A stretch of 64,000 nucleotides of DNA from Camelus dromedarius (lineage: Eukaryota). The position numbers and the translations under genes are program-made. The notes under the pieces were generated by a model. The model did not search any database. It saw nothing but the letters and a program-made list of their open reading frames with translations, and was not told the origin of the DNA. The stretch is taken from NCBI RefSeq assembly GCF_036321535.1, contig NC_087446.1:57908001-57972000 (forward strand), read 5' to 3'. Positions 24,169 through 35,584 of this stretch are shown here, piece after piece (position 1 is the stretch's first letter; each line of letters begins with the position of its first letter).

Positions 24169-25107
24169 TTAATATTTCTTTGAAAGAAATGCAAGTCTTT
24201 TCAAGATGTCATGGAAAGATTGCTTTACTTGTTTATTTCTCAGGGTATAAATGAAGGGGTTCAACAAAGGAGCAACAGATGTCGTGAGCAGGGAAATTCC
24301 CTTATTAAGGGCCACTTCATCCTTAGCTGAAGGTTTGATATACATAAAAATGCAGCTGCCATAGGTCATGGAAACCACAATCATGTGGGAAGAACACGTG
24401 GAAAAAGCTTTTTTCCTTTGCTGAGCAGAGGGTAATCTTAGGACCATCCTGATGATGTGTATGTAGGGTAGAATTACACATACAAGGGTCATTATGAAGG
24501 TCAACACAGCACAGAGTATAACCAGCTGCTCTATGAACCATGTATCTGAACATGAATTCTTCAGTATTGGAGAAGCATCACAGAAAAAATGGTCAATAAC
24601 AGAGTCACAGAATTCCAGGTGGAGACTCAGGCCAAGGGGCGGGAGAATAATCAATAAGCCAGATACGCAACAACAGACGATGAGATTCCTGCGGACTCTG
24701 CTGTTCATGATGGTCACGTGGTGCAGGGGTTTGCAGATGGCCACGTAGCGGTCATAGGACATCACAACCAAGAGGAAAAATTCTGTAGCTCCAAAGAGGA
24801 CAATAAAAAATATTTGGCTGAAGCAGGCATTGATGGTGATGGTTTTGTTCCCACTTGATATGATGTAGAGGTACGTGGGGACACAGGCAATTGTAAATGA
24901 GATTTCTAAGAAAGAAAAATTTTGAAGGGAAAAATACATAGCTGTTTTTAAATGAGAATCTACCAAGATGAGGGAAATTATGGTCAGGTTCCCAATTACA
25001 CTTAACATATATGTGATCAACAGAAAGCTAAAGGCCAAAATCTCTAGTTGTGGGTCATTCGTCAAACCCAGGGTGATGAACGTTGTTACAGCCGAACGGT
25101 TTCTCAT
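24169..25107 (-). CDS. Olfactory receptor, OR6C2-like, open frame but eroded motifs, 312 aa
   Basis: ATG at 25107 (track start 25110 is GTG). Has [31 protein letters not shown]. The only minus-strand OR in the window. Confidence 0.9.
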   Translation of the reverse strand: MRNRSAVTTFITLGLTNDPQLEILAFSFLLITYMLSVIGNLTIISLILVDSHLKTAMYFSLQNFSFLEISFTIACVPTYLYIISSGNKTITINACFSQIFFIVLFGATEFFLLVVMSYDRYVAICKPLHHVTIMNSRVRRNLIVCCCVSGLLIILPPLGLSLHLEFCDSVIDHFFCDASPILKNSCSDTWFIEQLVILCAVLTFIMTLVCVILPYIHIIRMVLRLPSAQQRKKAFSTCSSHMIVVSMTYGSCIFMYIKPSAKDEVALNKGISLLTTSVAPLLNPFIYTLRNKQVKQSFHDILKRLAFLSKKY

Positions 25108-25919
25108 CACTGACTTCGTACTATGGCCACTGGTTCAAGACTGCTTCACATAAAAGGCACAGAAATTAGATCTGAAGAGCAATGTCAAAACGTGACAGAG
25201 GCAGACCGCATCTATAATGCCCAGCAAACCCAGTCACATGCATGGCCTTCTGGAACTTAACAGTCCGATTTTAGTGAGATGATTCCCTCAAATCCACTGA
25301 AATGTGCCACAGGGAGGTGAAGCTTTGGGGAAATTTCTTTTGAAAATTACTGCTACTAAAATTGTTTTAAATATTCTAGGATCTCCCAATTCACAGCACT
25401 ATTTCCAATTCTCTTTTTTTTAAGTCCATACTTCGGTTGAGACATCTCCTATTGGATCAGAAGTTGGCCACTTTTTAGCTATACTTTGACGGGTCATTGA
25501 GTCTATTTATTCCAAAGCATTTGTACTCAAAAGCTAAATCCTAAAATTCGTTTGCTTTAAGTTGTGGTGCCTGATAAAATGCAAATATATGGAAGATAGC
25601 ATTATGCCCTAGGTGCAGAATCTCTCCAGATCTTTCCTCCAGTGAACGAAGCATTATTTAAAGGTCAAGTTAGATTTCTCCCAGAAAATAGTCATTCAAT
25701 GGCCCCTTTCTCCGGACTTTTTCTAAGTTCCTCTTATTTCCTTTTTTTCTATCTCTGTTCTCCGCAGAGAACTTTATTAATGCATGACTATTTTAATACA
25801 ATTTGAAGAAAACATGGGTAAAAATGGATAAATAGCTGAAGGATATCAAGATATACTTTGCTTTCCCTCCTTCATGACAGCAGAAGTGTGATACGTGTTT
25901 CACAGGGGCTAAATCTATG

Positions 25920-26111
25920 GACCTTGGAACAGTTTGTCTGGGATCAAATCATGTCTCTCTCATCTACTAGCTGAGTGACCTTCGGCAAATTATTTAATCT
26001 CTCTGTACTCCGTTTTCCTAATCTGTGAAGTGGAGTCATCAGGAATACTGCATCATAGAGTTACTGTGAGGTTTAAATGAGATAAACCACGTAGCATGTT
26101 TACAATAGTAC
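25920..26111 (+). mobile_element. MIR (putative donor of the 23.4 kb copy)
   Basis: gtctgggatcaaatc..tagctgagtgaccttcggcaaattatttaatctctctg..ttttcctaatctgtgaagtgg. Confidence 0.8.
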
Positions 26112-26603
26112 TTAGGACATGATTAATATTATACTTTTTTTCTGAAGCCAATCTTTCTCATAATCTCAAGAGGGCATTTAGCTCCACTAGGAGCACCTCC
26201 CTCTCTCTCTCTCTATCTCTCAGCATCATCAATTTCTTCCACTTTTCTAGACGTACTTCATCATCATCCAAACATTCTCTGGTATGACTCTATACTTAAA
26301 AAAACAATAAAAATACTCATAGGGAGTGACACGTCAATCACTACACTCTTTTATATAGTTTTTACTTTAGGAAACATGTTAATCTGCATATTCAAAAATA
26401 AAATATATCTTCCAAACAGATAATTGACCTCTTTATTAATATAATTTCTATCTACTCAGTTCATCTTTCAATGTGATATTAAGACCACTGCCCAAGAGTA
26501 TGGTTACTCAAGATCTGGGCATTAGCCCCATAATAATAGTTATATTGGTCTACTCAGCTATTTATCTTCATTCAATGTTCTCTCTTCATTCAATGTTCCA
26601 GGC

Positions 26604-26921
26604 CTCCACTGCTCAATGCAGTAGCTATCAGCTATATATGGCTATTGAACACTTGAGATGTGGCTGGTTCAAACCAAGGTGTGTTATAACCATGAAATAC
26701 ACATCAGATGTCAAGACTTAGAAAACAAATATATAAAATATACCATTTATAATTTTATACTGAATACATGTTGAACTGTTAATATTTTAGATATATGGAG
26801 GTAAATAAGATACATTATTTAAAATCAAGATCACCTGCTTCTTTTTACCTTTTGAATGACATGACCAGAAAACTTTAAATTGCAAATGTGACTCACATTT
26901 TATTTCTGTTGCACTGTACTG
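26604..26921 (-). mobile_element. MER33 (hAT-Charlie MITE), near full length
   Basis: About 320 bp; ggctattgaacacttgagatgtggctg near one end and ttttatttctgttgcactgtactg at the other. Confidence 0.8.
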
Positions 26922-27354
26922 TTCTAGGTTTTCAAGTTCTTTCACATTGGGGAATTTTGAAAAAAGGATCTCCTAAGACAAATTAATTTGTTTTCTAAAT
27001 GGCTTTCACGCTTTTGTAATATAACCCTCAAATAACTTTGAAGTGTATGCTCCCTGACACTGAAAAAAATGAGGCTTTTTTTTGTCTTTGTGAGGTGAAA
27101 AGTATCAACTCCCACCAGGTACAGACTTACTGCTGTACATTGCCAGGTAACAGACATTGTGAAAGAAAAAGGGACATTAACCTGGATTTATGAGACAAAT
27201 AGTTTGCAAAGAGGTGATACAGGTACTGAAAGATGGGGGGATATTAAAAATGGAGTGTTTACTAATGGTAATTGAGATATATAAGATATGAATACATAGA
27301 TAGAGACAAAATAGATAAACGAGAGACAGAGACGGACAAATAAAAAGTGAGGTA

Positions 27355-27580
27355 GATAGTAAATTAGGAGTTTGGGATCGGCAAATACAAACTACCATGT
27401 ACAGAACAGATACACATCAAGGTCCAACTGTATAGCACAGGGAACTATAGTCAATAGCTTGTAATAACCTATACTGAAGAAGAATATGTATATATAGCTG
27501 TATCACGATGCTGTACATCAGAAACTAATACACATTGTAAATCAACTATACTTCAATAAAAATAAAAAATTAAAAAAAGA
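27355..27580 (+). mobile_element. L1 3' end
   Basis: aggagtttgggatcggcaaatacaaact ... ctgtatagcacagggaactata ... atcaactatacttcaataaaaat. Confidence 0.85.
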
Positions 27581-27868
27581 CCGGCAGAGAGAAATTAGGA
27601 AAGGGCTTCCTGTGTGTCAGTCAGACCACGGCACGTGGTGTTGCACCAGCTTAACGATGCATAAAATGCGTCCTGCCCACGTTTCCAACTGGTGAAGATT
27701 CATGAGCTCTATAAATAACCTCAGAAATAACTGGATTTCTCAATAAAATATCAAAAACAAATAAATATTGAAAAAAATAATAATTTTTTTTACTAGAGTG
27801 AAACATAATCACAAACGCCTTCTCTATAAATTATTTGCTGAAACAGGCCTGGCTTGAAAACACCCCAG

Positions 27869-27999
27869 TACTTACCTCTGACATTCTTCATCGTTTCACC
27901 AGGAGGCTACACCTCAAATGACCACAGTGAGCTTCACAGTTAAACAAAAAGTTACTAGTAGGATCGTCTAAGTGCATTCCCAGCCCCTCGCCCCTGGGA
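27869..27999 (-). promoter_or_regulatory. Candidate promoter and first exon of the minus-strand OR
   Basis: On the minus strand: TCCCAGGGGC at 27999-27990 and a consensus donor GAG|GTAAGT with GT at 27874-27873. Confidence 0.4.
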
Positions 28000-28639
28000 A
28001 GCTACAGTCACCATATATATACACATGGTTTCTAAACATATAATACCATCCTACTCTAAAATTAAGATATACTTCTGTGCACTCTGGATAACTGAAAGGA
28101 AGATAAAGTCCAAAGGGCAAGGAGGAGTTAGGAAGACACTCTGGCTCTGCGAAAGTGAATGTTCTGATTTTCTCTGCTCAAACAGGTTTTTACATTTATG
28201 ACCCTATTTATTTCCTTCATTTCCAACAGGTGTGCACAAAATAGGTGTGAATAAAAAAATTCCTCGGAGGACCTGATTCAAAACTCTCCATTGAATTAAA
28301 AATATAATTTACTTTACAAAAAAAAAATCCTAAGCCAAGAAATAAAGATAATTTCCTGAGAGAGAAAAAGATGCAGCAGTAGTAACAAGCTCAGTCCAAG
28401 CATCAAAAGCACTAAGATTCCAGTGTCCCATCAGAAACCTGTTTCTAATTATTTGTTCACACATGGTTTATGCAATGCAACAAGATAGCCTTCTTATCTA
28501 AAATTACACCCATAACAATATTTAATATAGAAAATTCAAAAATAGATACAAAAACTGAAAAAAGAAAACCATAGAAACTGTAACATCCAGAATAAACATT
28601 ATTATTTTGGTGTTTCTCCTTCCAAATATTGCCTACCGT

Positions 28640-29075
28640 TAACATGTGACTGCTGCACTATTACTAGTTTATTATAAAGGACACTTCTCTGGAACAGCCA
28701 AATGGAAGAGTTTCATAGAGCGCAGTATGGAGGATGGGGCAGCATGGAGTCTCCATGCTCAGCCCTCCCAGCATCTCGATGTGCTCCCCAATCTGGAAGT
28801 TCCCCTCACCTCCCTGTTCAAGAGTTTGTGTGGTAATCTCCCTCTCTCACTCACCCCGCCCCAGAGGCAGTGGACAGGGCTGACAGCTTCAGTCCTCTAG
28901 TCCTTTGGTCTTTCTAAAGATCAGCCCCATTCGGAGGCTACCTAGGGTCCCCACCCTAAGTTTCCTTATGAGCATAAACACAAGGTAACAAAAGACACCC
29001 CTATCAATCAGAAGATTTCAAGAGTTTTAGGAGCGCTGTGCCAGGAACAGGGACAAAGACCACATACTTCCTATG
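28640..29075. mobile_element. MER21-like ERVL LTR
   Basis: gatttcaagagttttaggagcgctgtgccaggaacagggacaaagacca and ccagaggcagtggacagggctgacag match the recalled MER21 family. Confidence 0.65.
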
Positions 29076-29269
29076 ACATATATATTTACAAAGTGCAGGT
29101 GCAGCAAGAGAGCAGTAAGCTTTTCACTATCTTTCTCTTAATCAATAGAACAAGCAGAAAAAGAAATGAGCGTGTGCAATGAAGACCTGATCACTATAGT
29201 ATATAAGGAGAGTTAACAGATATATGTAGAAACGCACCCAAAAGATGAAGAAGACACTTTTTCATTTTT

Positions 29270-29610
29270 TGCTTAAACAAGAGAACTATGTCTTCTCACA
29301 GTTTGGAAGCTAGAAGTCCAAGATCAAGGTGCCGGCAGGGTTCGTTTCTTCTGAATCCTCTCTCCTCTGGCTGTAGATGACCGTCTTCTCCCTGTGTCTT
29401 CACATGATGCTCCCTCTGTGCACCATCTGCCTAATCTCCTGTTTTTAGAAGGACACAGTTAAATTGGATTAGGGATCATGCTAATAATCTCATTTTAACC
29501 TATTACCTCTTTAAAGATCCTATCTTCAAATATAGTCACTTTCTGAAGTAATGGGGGTTAGGGTTTCAACATACGAATTTGAGGAGAATGCAGCCCAGCC
29601 AATAATAGGA
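29270..29610 (-). mobile_element. MLT1A/B-type MaLR LTR
   Basis: ttctcacagtttggaagctagaagtccaagatcaaggtgccggcaggg ... gggttagggtttcaacatacgaattt. Confidence 0.85.
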
Positions 29611-29732
29611 TCCTAGGGAAATGTACAGCCTGGAGTTTTGTGAGACTTCAAATTGCTGTTAGAAAATAACTGAAACATACCAAGAATAATATAAAGAAAC
29701 ACATGATGTACTGGAAGCTCAGCTTATTAAAC

Positions 29733-30000
29733 ATTTTTTTAACATTTTTATTGATTTATAATCATTTTACAATGTTGTGTCAAATTCCAGTGTTCAGCAC
29801 AATTTTTCAGTTATTCATGGACATATACACACTCATTGTCACATTTTTTTCTCTGTGAGTTATCATAACATTTTGTGTATATTTCCCTGTGCTATACAGT
29901 GTAGTCTATTCTACAATTTTGAAATCCCAGTCTATCCCTTCCCACCCTCCACCCCCCTGGTAACCACAAGTCTGTATTCTCTGTCTGTGAGTCTATTTCT
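29733..30000 (-). mobile_element. Young camelid L1 3' end
   Basis: Reverse complement nearly matches 41170-41440 (tcaataaaaaatgttaaaaaa tail). Confidence 0.9.
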
Positions 30001-30206
30001 AATACAACACAAGTCCCTTGTATAAAGATCACGGCCATGATCTCCCAAGCTCCAGAAGTATCCTTACCTAGAGCTGAGCACTTCTGGTTTCCTTGTGTTC
30101 CTTTATACCTACATACCTGTGCAAATGCAAACTATATGTAAAACAGTTTGTATGTGTGTGTTTTAAACTTTGCATAAATGTTATCATTCTGTATGCTTTC
30201 TTTCCA

Positions 30207-30472
30207 ATTTGTTCTATTGTGGTAAAATACACATAACATAATATTTACCATCTTAGCCTTTTTTAAATGTATAGCTCTTAAGTAATAAATACACTCCTAA
30301 TGTTGTCCAACTATGATGCCCACCCATCTCTGTAACTCTTTTCATCCTGTAAAACTCAAACTCTATATCCATTTAACAATAATCCCCAATTTCCCAATCC
30401 CCCAGCCCCTGGCAACTACCATTAATGCTTTGTTTTTATTATTTTGCCAACTTTAAATACCTCATGTAAGTG
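30207..30472 (-). mobile_element. L1MA/MB-type 3' end running into an N gap
   Basis: attgtggtaaaatacacataacataatatttaccatcttagcc ... cccagcccctggcaactaccatt. Confidence 0.8.
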
Positions 30473-30622
30473 NNNNNNNNNNNNNNNNNNNNNNNNNNNN
30501 NNNNNNNNNNNNNNNNNNNNNNNNNNNNNNNNNNNNNNNNNNNNNNNNNNNNNNNNNNNNNNNNNNNNNNNNNNNNNNNNNNNNNNNNNNNNNNNNNNNN
30601 NNNNNNNNNNNNNNNNNNNNNN
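30473..30622. other. Assembly gap (N)
   Basis: N run between L1 fragments. Confidence 1.
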
Positions 30623-30649
30623 ATGCCACAAAAGAAGAAATGATATAAA

Positions 30650-31110
30650 TTAACTATCTCCATCTAAAGTTATACAAAGAATTTGATACACATATGTAAT
30701 GAGTTGTGTATTACATTCATAGCAGCCTTATTTATAGTAGCCAAAACATGGTAACAGCCCAAATGCCTGTCAACAAGGGAAGCAATGAACACATTCTGGT
30801 ATGTTCATACAATGGCAAACTAGGTAGCAACAAGAGCAGGCAATCCTGAGCTATACACAAATAAAGGACAAATCTCACAAACACAGTCCTGAGCAGTCTC
30901 ATTGCTTGTATAGAAAAAATTAAGGAACAAAACTGAATGATAGAATTTGGAACGATTGCTAATTTGGTTAAACTATAAAGAAAAGTATAACTTTTCAACT
31001 ATTACTGTTAAAATCAGAAGAGTGGTTAACTTCAGGAGAGACAAGAATTTTAGTGGTTGGGAGAGGCACAAAAGGCACTTGTGGGGTCCTGGCAGTGTTC
31101 TATGCACTGC
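30650..31110 (+). mobile_element. Old L1ME-like 3' region
   Basis: ttcatagcagccttatttatagtagccaaaacatggtaacagcccaaatgcc. Confidence 0.65.
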
Positions 31111-31879
31111 CTTTGGACTTTTTTTTTTTTTTTTCCGTATTTCAAAATAAAAATAGCATAGGAAGCTTTTGATCTATGTGCCTCCAGGCAGTGCCTTGCA
31201 CCAGTGACTAAACCAAAAAAACCCTTTCCAGACTGAATTCTTACACCTGCTTTATTTCTTCACTTACTTCTCCTCATGCCTCTCTACATTAACAGCATCT
31301 ACTTTTAGGGACCATCCAAAACAAAAGGTTCATGTGGGAAGTTAGCAACCTTATCTCTGACTGTTTGAGGTCCAGAACCAGTTGGTTTTGCAAAAACCTA
31401 TGTTATCCCTAATGTCTGCAATCTCTTACTGTCTAATCTAGTTGCAAACCAACCACTTATTGCCCAAGTTCAAATGTTTCTTGAGACCATTAGCTAAACC
31501 CAGCAGAGAACATTGAACAAATACTGGCTCTTTTCAGCCATGCCAACCATGCCCCTCAGAGCCAGAGACTCAGCAGACTAGTCCCTGCAGTGAACAGCTT
31601 TATAAAACGTCATTTGTGTCAAATTAAGAATCTCCAACTCTGAGGTTGGAATATATTTTTCTTTACCACCGCCTACCCATCCACTGAGTTAATGTCACAT
31701 ATTTTCTTTTTTGTTATGACAGGACTTCACTTGTAGTATGAACTTTTATATTAGTCTTATAAAAGGACAGACTGCTGAAAAAAAAACAAAACCTAAAAAT
31801 ATTGTGGCTGAAATAAGCCAAAAGATTATTTTTCTCCAAAATTCTAAAAAAAAAAAAAAAAAGTCAGCAAGCAATTCTC

Positions 31880-32860
31880 TTCCTCATAGTTAAAGGTTGG
31901 AGGCAAGAAAAATTATCAACAGCAGACATACCATAAAGAATAGGTAAAAGAAGTTCTTCAAACAAGAAGAAAATTACAAAATAACAAATCTTGGTGAAAC
32001 AAGAAAGAAGAAAGAACAATGGATGGAGAAGAAATAAGGGTAAGTAAAATAGACTTTCCTTATTCTCTTGAGTTTTGTAAATCACATGTGATGACTTAAA
32101 CAAAAATTAACACCATCTGATACTGAAGACAATGATATTTAAAAGTGGGGTGGGTAAACTGATCTAAACAGAAGTAAGATTTCCACATTTCACCTGAAAT
32201 GCTAAAACATCTATGCCAGTAGACTGTGATAATATACGTATGTTGTAATACCCAGAGCAACCACTAAGAAAATCAAAGTGATACAATCAAAAATACTGAA
32301 TTAGGGTGGGGCGGTATAGCTCAGTGGTAGAACATGTGCTTGGCATGCACAAGGTCCTGGGTTCAATCTCCAGTACCTCCTGGGGTTTGGAGGGAAAAAA
32401 CCAAATAAATAAATAGTATTTCTTAAAAAATACTAAATTAATGAATTAGTCAAAATGGAATCCGAAAGCATGTTCAAACAACCTACATATGTCCAAAAAA
32501 AGAGAGAAAAACAAAGGAAATAAACAGAAACAAATAATAAAAAGACAGACAAATCTGAACACATAAATAATTATCTTAAATGTAAATGGTTTAAACACAT
32601 CAGTTAAAAGGAAGAAATTGACAGAGTGAATTTATTTTTTAAAACAATCCAACTATATGATATTATTAGAAACTTGCTTCAAAATCAACAACATACTGAG
32701 GTTGAAAGTAAAAGGATAAAGAAAGCTATGCCATGAAAAATCAAGAAAAAAGCAGATATGGCTACATTAATATTAGATAAAGTAGACAGAAGCAAAGAAA
32801 ATTACAAATGGGAAGCAAAGGGACATTTACATAATGATAAAAGGACTGCTCCATCAGGAA
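31880..32860 (+). mobile_element. L1MC-like ORF1 end / ORF2 start
   Basis: taattatcttaaatgtaaatggtttaaacacatcagttaaaagg (ORF2 endonuclease start) and upstream A-rich L1 text. Confidence 0.7.
32304..32426 (+). mobile_element. tRNA-derived SINE (Vic-1 type) nested in L1
   Basis: GGTATAGCTCAGTGGTAGAAC..GGTCCTGGGTTCAATCTCCAGTACCTCC; TSD AAAATACTRAATTA at 32290-32303 and 32427-32440. Confidence 0.9.
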
Positions 32861-32864
32861 CCCA

Positions 32865-33050
32865 CCTTGCTTTATTTATTATCACATTTATGATGATCTC
32901 ACTTATTTTACATTTACCTGTGCATTCATTTATTGTCCCTAGGCCATGTCTAGGCAAGGACTTCAGTGGTTTTGTTGACAGTCATATACTCAGCGCCCAC
33001 AGCAGTAGCTGCACAGGGTAAGTACTCAATAAATATTTATTGAATGAATG
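32865..33050 (+). mobile_element. L2 3' end
   Basis: Ends actcaataaatatttattgaatgaatgaa. Confidence 0.8.
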
Positions 33051-33420
33051 AAAGTGTTATCCTATTATCCATCAAGATCTGCCCTTTAGATACAAGGCAC
33101 TAATCATTATCAGCTCAAGTGATTTAAATACTTTAAACACTAATGTTATGAACTAAAATTTTCCAACATCAGATCAGAAATGACCAAAGGTTTTCTAATT
33201 CTTATTATAGCATCTCATGCACAAAACGTAAGTTCTACTATCTTCATCATAAATATACTAACTATAAAATCATCAAGCAAAAACTATTGACATTAGAATG
33301 CTTCCTGGAAAAAAGTCATCATTTCCAAAATAACATTCTTCCATCAGTCACAGTTACCTCAGTCATTTCCTTATCATGCAACCTAGGTACTTCCTAAACT
33401 TTAGAAAGAAGTGTAGATTT

Positions 33421-33797
33421 TCCATACTACTCAGCCACAAAAAAAGAACAAAATCTGCCATTTGCAGCAACATAAATAGACTTGGAGGACACTGTGCTAA
33501 GTGAAGTAAGTCAGACAAAGACAAATACTCTATGGTATCACTTTTACGTGGAATCTAAAACATACAACAAACTAGAGAATATAACCAAAAAAAGAAGCAG
33601 ACTCACAGATACAGAGAACAAACTAGTGGTTACCAGTGAGGAAAGAGGGGGAGGGAAAAAAGTATGGGTAGGGGAGCAGGAGGTACAAACTACTGGGTGT
33701 AAGACAGGCTCAAGGACACACTGTACAACACAGGGAAGACAGCCAATAGTTTGTAATAACTGTAAATGGAAAGTAATCTTTAAAAAATTGTATTAAG
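33421..33797 (+). mobile_element. L1 3' region, terminal bases missing
   Basis: ccatttgcagcaacataaatagacttggagg ... gtggttaccagtgagg. Confidence 0.85.
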
Positions 33798-34200
33798 AAG
33801 CCTCTACAAATTTAAGAGGACAAATTATTTCAAGCATCTTTTCTGACCACAATGCCATAAAACTAGAAATCAACCACTGGGGGGAAAAATGAGAGAAAAA
33901 CAACTGTATGGAGACTAAACAACATGCTACCAAAAAACCAATGGGTCAGTGATGAAATCAAAGAAGAAATTAAAAATACCTTGAGACAAATGACAATGAA
34001 AACACAATTACACAAAATCTGTGGGATACAGTAAAAGCAGTCCTAAGAGGGAAGTTCATAGTGGTACAGGCCTTCCTCAAAAAACAAGAACAATCTCAAT
34101 TAAACAATCTAACCTACCACCTAAAAGAATTAGAAAAAGAACAAACAAAACCTAAAGCCAGCAGAAGGAAAGAAATAATAAAGATCAGGGAGGAAATAAA
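33798..34200 (+). mobile_element. L1 ORF2 internal fragment
   Basis: tcttttctgaccacaatgccataaaactagaaatcaac ... aaagcagtcctaagagggaagttcatag ... aaagatcagggaggaaataaa. Confidence 0.9.
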
Positions 34201-35514
34201 TTCTTTTAATTTAAGGACTAAGATTTAAAATTGTATTAAATTTTTTAAACTTTTTAGAAAAAAGAAGTGCAGCCATAAAAAAAAGTGTAGCCTTTCCAAA
34301 TAATTCATTATCAAATAATTTCCTCCATGAATCACTTCCTAAGCAGATTTCCACCTCTTGCTCTCCTTGTTTTATTTCATGTTGATCTTTGTTCCCAAAT
34401 TCCAAGCCTGCCCAATTTGCAGCCTAGACTGGCTCATCAATGACCTGCCACTCAACTTACTTCCTCTCCCTCCCCTTTCTAAAGAAGAGATTCACTCTAA
34501 CCCAAATAGAGCATTCGCAATCTGTCAGACTCAAGCAGTTTCCACTGGTAACTTTGGCTTTCTTGTCTGTAAACACAATTGAAAGAAACAACTGAACTAT
34601 TGCCAAATACAGTTGTATAGTAATTCCCTCATTGGAGAAAAGAAAGTGGGAAACGTCTGTGAGGCACGTACTGTGTAGTTGGTACTTAGCAATTATAAGC
34701 CTATTTGAAGGGCATCATGGTCTCTATTTTACAGAAGAGGAAAGTGAGAACCAGAGAGATGGAGCTTCTTGTGTCACTCAAGGTGGAGGTGATTATTGTG
34801 TTAAATTTGGTGAGACCACGTTCGTTCTCTGGGCCCCACCACTGCTATGAGAATTATATGCAACCATGTATAAGGAAGCCATTTATAAGATATTCGTACG
34901 GTGGATACTTTGTTCCTAACTCTGGCATTTTGCTCACTAGCATTGGTTCTTCTGATGCTTGAATTCTGTTGATAAACAGGTGATGAATCTGATAAATTAA
35001 CTGCTATGAAGATGTCTTTGGGTAGCAAAGGGTTAGCCCTCCCAGGTAATATATACATATCTTAAGTTCTTCACTACCTTAAACTGGAAATTTGCAAGTG
35101 TTTTCTCAGAAGAGACTCACAAGTCAAATGGGATCCCACCCCTATCTCAAACTGAGCAATCCCCTTTTATACATTCTATATTTCATTTATGCACACACTT
35201 CGAAAAATGAAAATCACTGCTTACTGTCTTCAGCCAGTAGTCTATAAATGGGCTAATTACAACCAGGCTAACAATGTTTATCAAATGGGACTCTTCAGGA
35301 CATTTGTGACCTGCAAACGGTTCCACCTAAGCTGTTGTTCTACAGCCAAGTCCAGCCCTGCCCACCCACGGGGAAAGGCAAATGTCAAGACTCCACAATC
35401 TTCCCTGCTCTGCAGCTACTGCCCACCCAACCTCACCTCCAAGCTAGTCTCTCTGGATCTCATCACTTAGCCATGTATTTAAAATTTGTTCCCAGAGTTG
35501 TTGACAAAGGACAT

Positions 35515-35584
35515 TCATTAGCCTGTTCCAAACAAGAATCCCCAGGGCAACTTGTGCTTCCTCACTCAATTGATTCCCCCAGTG
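35515..35584 (+). promoter_or_regulatory. Candidate promoter module for OR2AP1
   Basis: TCATTA 35515-35520, 18 nt, TCCCCAGGGC 35539-35548 (9/10 to TCCCNNGGGA), then CAATTGATTCCCC. About 2.0 kb upstream of the ATG. Confidence 0.65.

Noticed and set aside
26563-26599. Short tandem duplication of TCTTCATTCAATGTTC
   Set aside because: Ordinary slippage-type duplication with no functional indication.
20067-32426. tRNA-like A/B box sequences at 20.07, 22.6 and 32.3 kb
   Set aside because: They have SINE tails and TSDs and lack a full cloverleaf; these are SINEs, not tRNA genes.
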